A stretch of 64,000 bases of DNA from Azolla caroliniana. Taxonomy: Eukaryota > Plantae > Polypodiophyta. Every line of letters starts with the position of its first letter. Positions within the stretch are counted from its first letter, which is position 1. The notes below the pieces were generated by a model. It saw only the letters and a program-made list of their open reading frames with translations, was not told the DNA's origin and did not search any database. The position numbers and the translations under genes are program-made. The stretch spans positions 7,936,001-8,000,000 of the forward strand of contig JBHGNT010000013.1 of NCBI GenBank assembly GCA_043228905.1, read 5' to 3'. Positions 60,991 to 64,000 of this stretch are shown here, one piece after another.

Positions 60991-61899
60991 TGAACGTGTT
61001 TTATACATGTCACTACAACAAAATACACTAGTAGTGATGCCAAAACACATCATTATTGGCACTGCTTATATACCATCATTGTGCAACACCTTTTGAAAAC
61101 ATTAAATTTTGCTTTTACTATTTTTAATAATAATAATAATATTCTCTTTATTTCTTTTTTTAAAATATATGTTTGTATGTGTCGATGTATGTATGTTTGT
61201 TTGCATGTATATTAGTGTGGAGCATATGTGTCTTCAAACCATCTTCGAAGAAGGATCACCATCTAAGCACTAAGCATGAAAGGTTATCTTCATTCCATGC
61301 CTATGTAACAATGCATATATCGTGGCTTCCTGGAAGTGAAAAACAATATATCTAAAAGAGCATATATAATAACAAGAATACTACACTATGAGATGTCCAA
61401 GAATCATTCACAACATTCAACTTGAGCAAGAACTTCACCGTATAAAAACGTTGCAATGCTACAACAAACACACTAAGTTTTTCTCTAAGAAAAATTGAGC
61501 ATTTGAGTCCCTAAATTGTTACAATGCAATCACTCACACACAATACTTTTAACCTATAAAACATATTCTCTTCCATAGCCATAGTTATTAATCTCTCTAC
61601 AACAGAAACACAGTAGGCTTGGGAACCCACAAAGCTTTACATCAAGAACATTTAATTTGAAATTTGCAAGAAAAGTAGTGTTGGGTTATCATCAATGTAA
61701 ATATGATCAAGCTTCATGTACATGCCCTTTATCATAGTCCTTATGAAATCTAACATTTGCAAACCTACACACAAAAAAAACACGCTTTACTTCTTTGTCG
61801 AGCACCATCGTTCAATAAGTTGAAAACCTATAGAGTAATAATAAGAAACCAAAGGTTAATATATTGTTCTAATGAAATAACACAATCAAAATGATAGTT

Positions 61900-62125
61900 G
61901 CAAACAAAAGATGTAGAGTAATAATCAAGAGCATGAATCATTATACCTTCACCTCTTAAGTAATGCTACAATCTTGATCCCATGCACAATAAAATCAACT
62001 TTTTTGGTCCATAATAAAATTTGCAACAAACAAAAGATATAGAGTAATAATCAAGAAGCATCAATCATTATACCTTCATCTCCTAAGTGATCATGTGCAC
62101 AATAACATCAACTTATGTGGTCCAT
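61900..62125. repeat. Diverged tandem duplication of about 125 bp
   Basis: AAACAAAAGAT(G/A)TAGAGTAATAATCAAGA...ATCATTATACCTTCA...GGTCCATAATA occurs twice. Confidence 0.75.
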
Positions 62126-62899
62126 AATATATATGCAACACATAACTATGTATGTGTATATATTTATAACCGTGTATGGATGCATACCTAATGGTTTTCG
62201 TATTACTATATATGTCTCAATGAGCTCAGTTTTCTACAAGCCATCAATGCCGGAAGCTTGAATTAACGAAGCCTACTTCCTTATAGTTTCAAAGGAAACT
62301 CCAACATTGCAAGAATTATTCACGGTCAACACACTCATATATGTCATTTCTTGCCCAAATAAACACATGCTTCAATCTCTTCCATTGTTCGTATGTTATC
62401 GTGCCACCTTGAATAGCAAAAAATTTGGAAACGAAATTTGTTCATTTAGTAAAGAAATTTGGAAATGAAACAAGAGAATGGAACTTCATGTTTGGGTTAG
62501 CAAATTAAAATTATCGTTAATATAACACATATCAACAAGATCTATGACCTTTCTGGCAAAGATATCACAAAATAAATTAAGTGTTTTTTATGTGCACCTC
62601 AGTGTTGGTTGGTCAAGATTCAAAGGGCATGGCATACGCTCTTTGGAAGTTGTATTGGTCCGTCGTCTTCCTTTTTTTGATGATGGTAGATGTGGATTCG
62701 AGCTTGCATTCGCATGAAAGCTTGCACAAATCACAACAAACTATTGTTCGATTGTCACTAGAGTCTCTGGCCTCTATTGTCAATCACTTCTTGAAGTTGC
62801 ATGAGGTTTCTCAAGACCGAAAGAGCTAGTCTTTCATGTGAAATGACAATAGCAAATACACAAAGTAACGTGGCAAAAAAAACATGCGAGAGAATGCTC

Positions 62900-63010
62900 C
62901 AAATGCATGTGTGCATGCATTCATACATGCATACAAACACAACCATGGACATGCATATGCAAATACACATACATACATGCATGCACATGCATACACATAC
63001 ACATACAAAC
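62900..63010. repeat. Degenerate (CA/TA)n tract
   Basis: CATA/CATG/CACA repeats. Confidence 0.8.
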
Positions 63011-63770
63011 ATCGTTATAAACTGATATGGTACTAAACTAAGAACCTTCATGTTTGCAATGTCACCTTCCCTCATGTTTTCCGCATCATTATTTCCTACA
63101 TCCTCCTCCTAGCCCTCTTCACCACAAACACTTGATTTATCATCGATCAAGTGACAATATTTCCACAAGACCCTCCAATTAATCTGATTTTTGGGGTATC
63201 CTTGCGAAGAAAATTCATAGCCCGAAGTTTTGAATATATAATTAACATGATAATATATACAAGGCTATACAGAAATCAAAGTGAAATAAAAAGAAACCAA
63301 AAAAAGGAACAATAAAATTTCCGCAAAAGCTAAAGCTGTTATAATACAATTTAAAGATGCAAGATTGTAAAAATCAATTGAAAAATTACATGTGAAAAAA
63401 AGAAAACCAAATAATTCTTAAAATAAATGTTTTGTTTACAAAATTAGCAATCCTAAGCATTTCAAGATTATATAGAGAACAATGGAAAAATCGATGTAAA
63501 AAACAAAAAATGAAAGTTCACAGATTAGAACTTATCCTTCTCTCCCACCTTCTTGTAACTCGCCTTGCACATCCTTGCTCGCTAGAGGTGGACTACTTCG
63601 AAGACTAGGTCGATCACGCTCATGGTGCTCTCTCTCTCTCTCTAGAATCATCTCTTTAGGGATATCAGTTTTTTTCCCATCTGAACCATACAAAAGGCCT
63701 CGAGTAACAAAAGAAAAAAGGAAGTCAATACTCAATTTGCAAACAAAAGTTTGTAAAGTTTTCATTTTGT

Positions 63771-64000
63771 TTACTTCCTCCAATTTTGCGAATCCGAGCC
63801 ACCACTTGAATACCTATTATTACCCCCACCATAACCACCAATGTGATTGTTGCCACCATAGCCACCATTTCCACCACCATTGGCATCATTATAGCCATCG
63901 GCACAGCCACTACCACCATATCCATCATTTCCTCCATCTGATCTCTCCTTGCTACCATAACTTCCACAATCTCCATATCGTGAACCACCACCTCTATTGG
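63771..64000 (-). CDS. C-terminus of a glycine-rich (RNA-binding-type) protein, gene or pseudogene; continues beyond the window
   Basis: A frame not in the ORF track reads NRGGGSRYGDCGSYGS...GGNGGYGGNNHIGGYGGGNNRYSSGGSDSQNWRK*. GGYG repeats and an NWR end are typical of plant GR-RBPs; the RRM is not visible here. Confidence 0.65.
   Translation of the reverse strand, partial: NRGGGSRYGDCGSYGSKERSDGGNDGYGGSGCADGYNDANGGGNGGYGGNNHIGGYGGGNNRYSSGGSDSQNWRK

Noticed and set aside
60661-61096. Cys/Val/Tyr/Met-rich ORFs
   Set aside because: Translations of a TG/TA low-complexity tract.
61300-63300. Possible degraded exons on the minus strand
   Set aside because: No recognisable protein motif or consistent frame.
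63725-63991. 88-aa Val/Met-rich ORF in the track
   Set aside because: Alternative-frame shadow of the glycine-rich frame.

Overview
The window is plant heterochromatin-type DNA made almost entirely of nested, decaying transposons. The element families suggest a non-seed land plant, plausibly a fern (inference). Labels A-L are my own. Nesting read from LTR pairs, TSDs and split reading frames: a Tcn1/Tf2-type Gypsy fragment J is split by a 36-kb Tork/Tnt1-like Copia B (6767-43187, TSD CTATG). B contains an RTEX-like LINE, which contains Gypsy C, which contains the non-coding LTR element E. B also contains the gag-only element F and Gypsy D, and D contains the self-priming chromovirus-type element H. 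To the left, Gypsy A sits in the 3' end of Copia L. To the right are a short-LTR Gypsy I with solo LTR G, a MITE-like repeat, a solo Copia LTR, an L1 LINE, a P-element-like transposase fragment, Copia K, and the 3' end of a glycine-rich RNA-binding-protein-like gene. Main discovery: C, D and E have no polypurine tract. Immediately before the 3' LTR each carries a ~42-nt mimic of a tRNA 3' half ending in GGGCGTGCCA, that is, a second, inverted primer-binding site. In all three it is split at the inferred A58/59 boundary by a 13-nt insert holding a covarying hairpin with an AAG loop. This suggests tRNA-primed plus-strand synthesis or bidirectional priming. tRNA identities are from recalled plant tRNA sequences and need checking.
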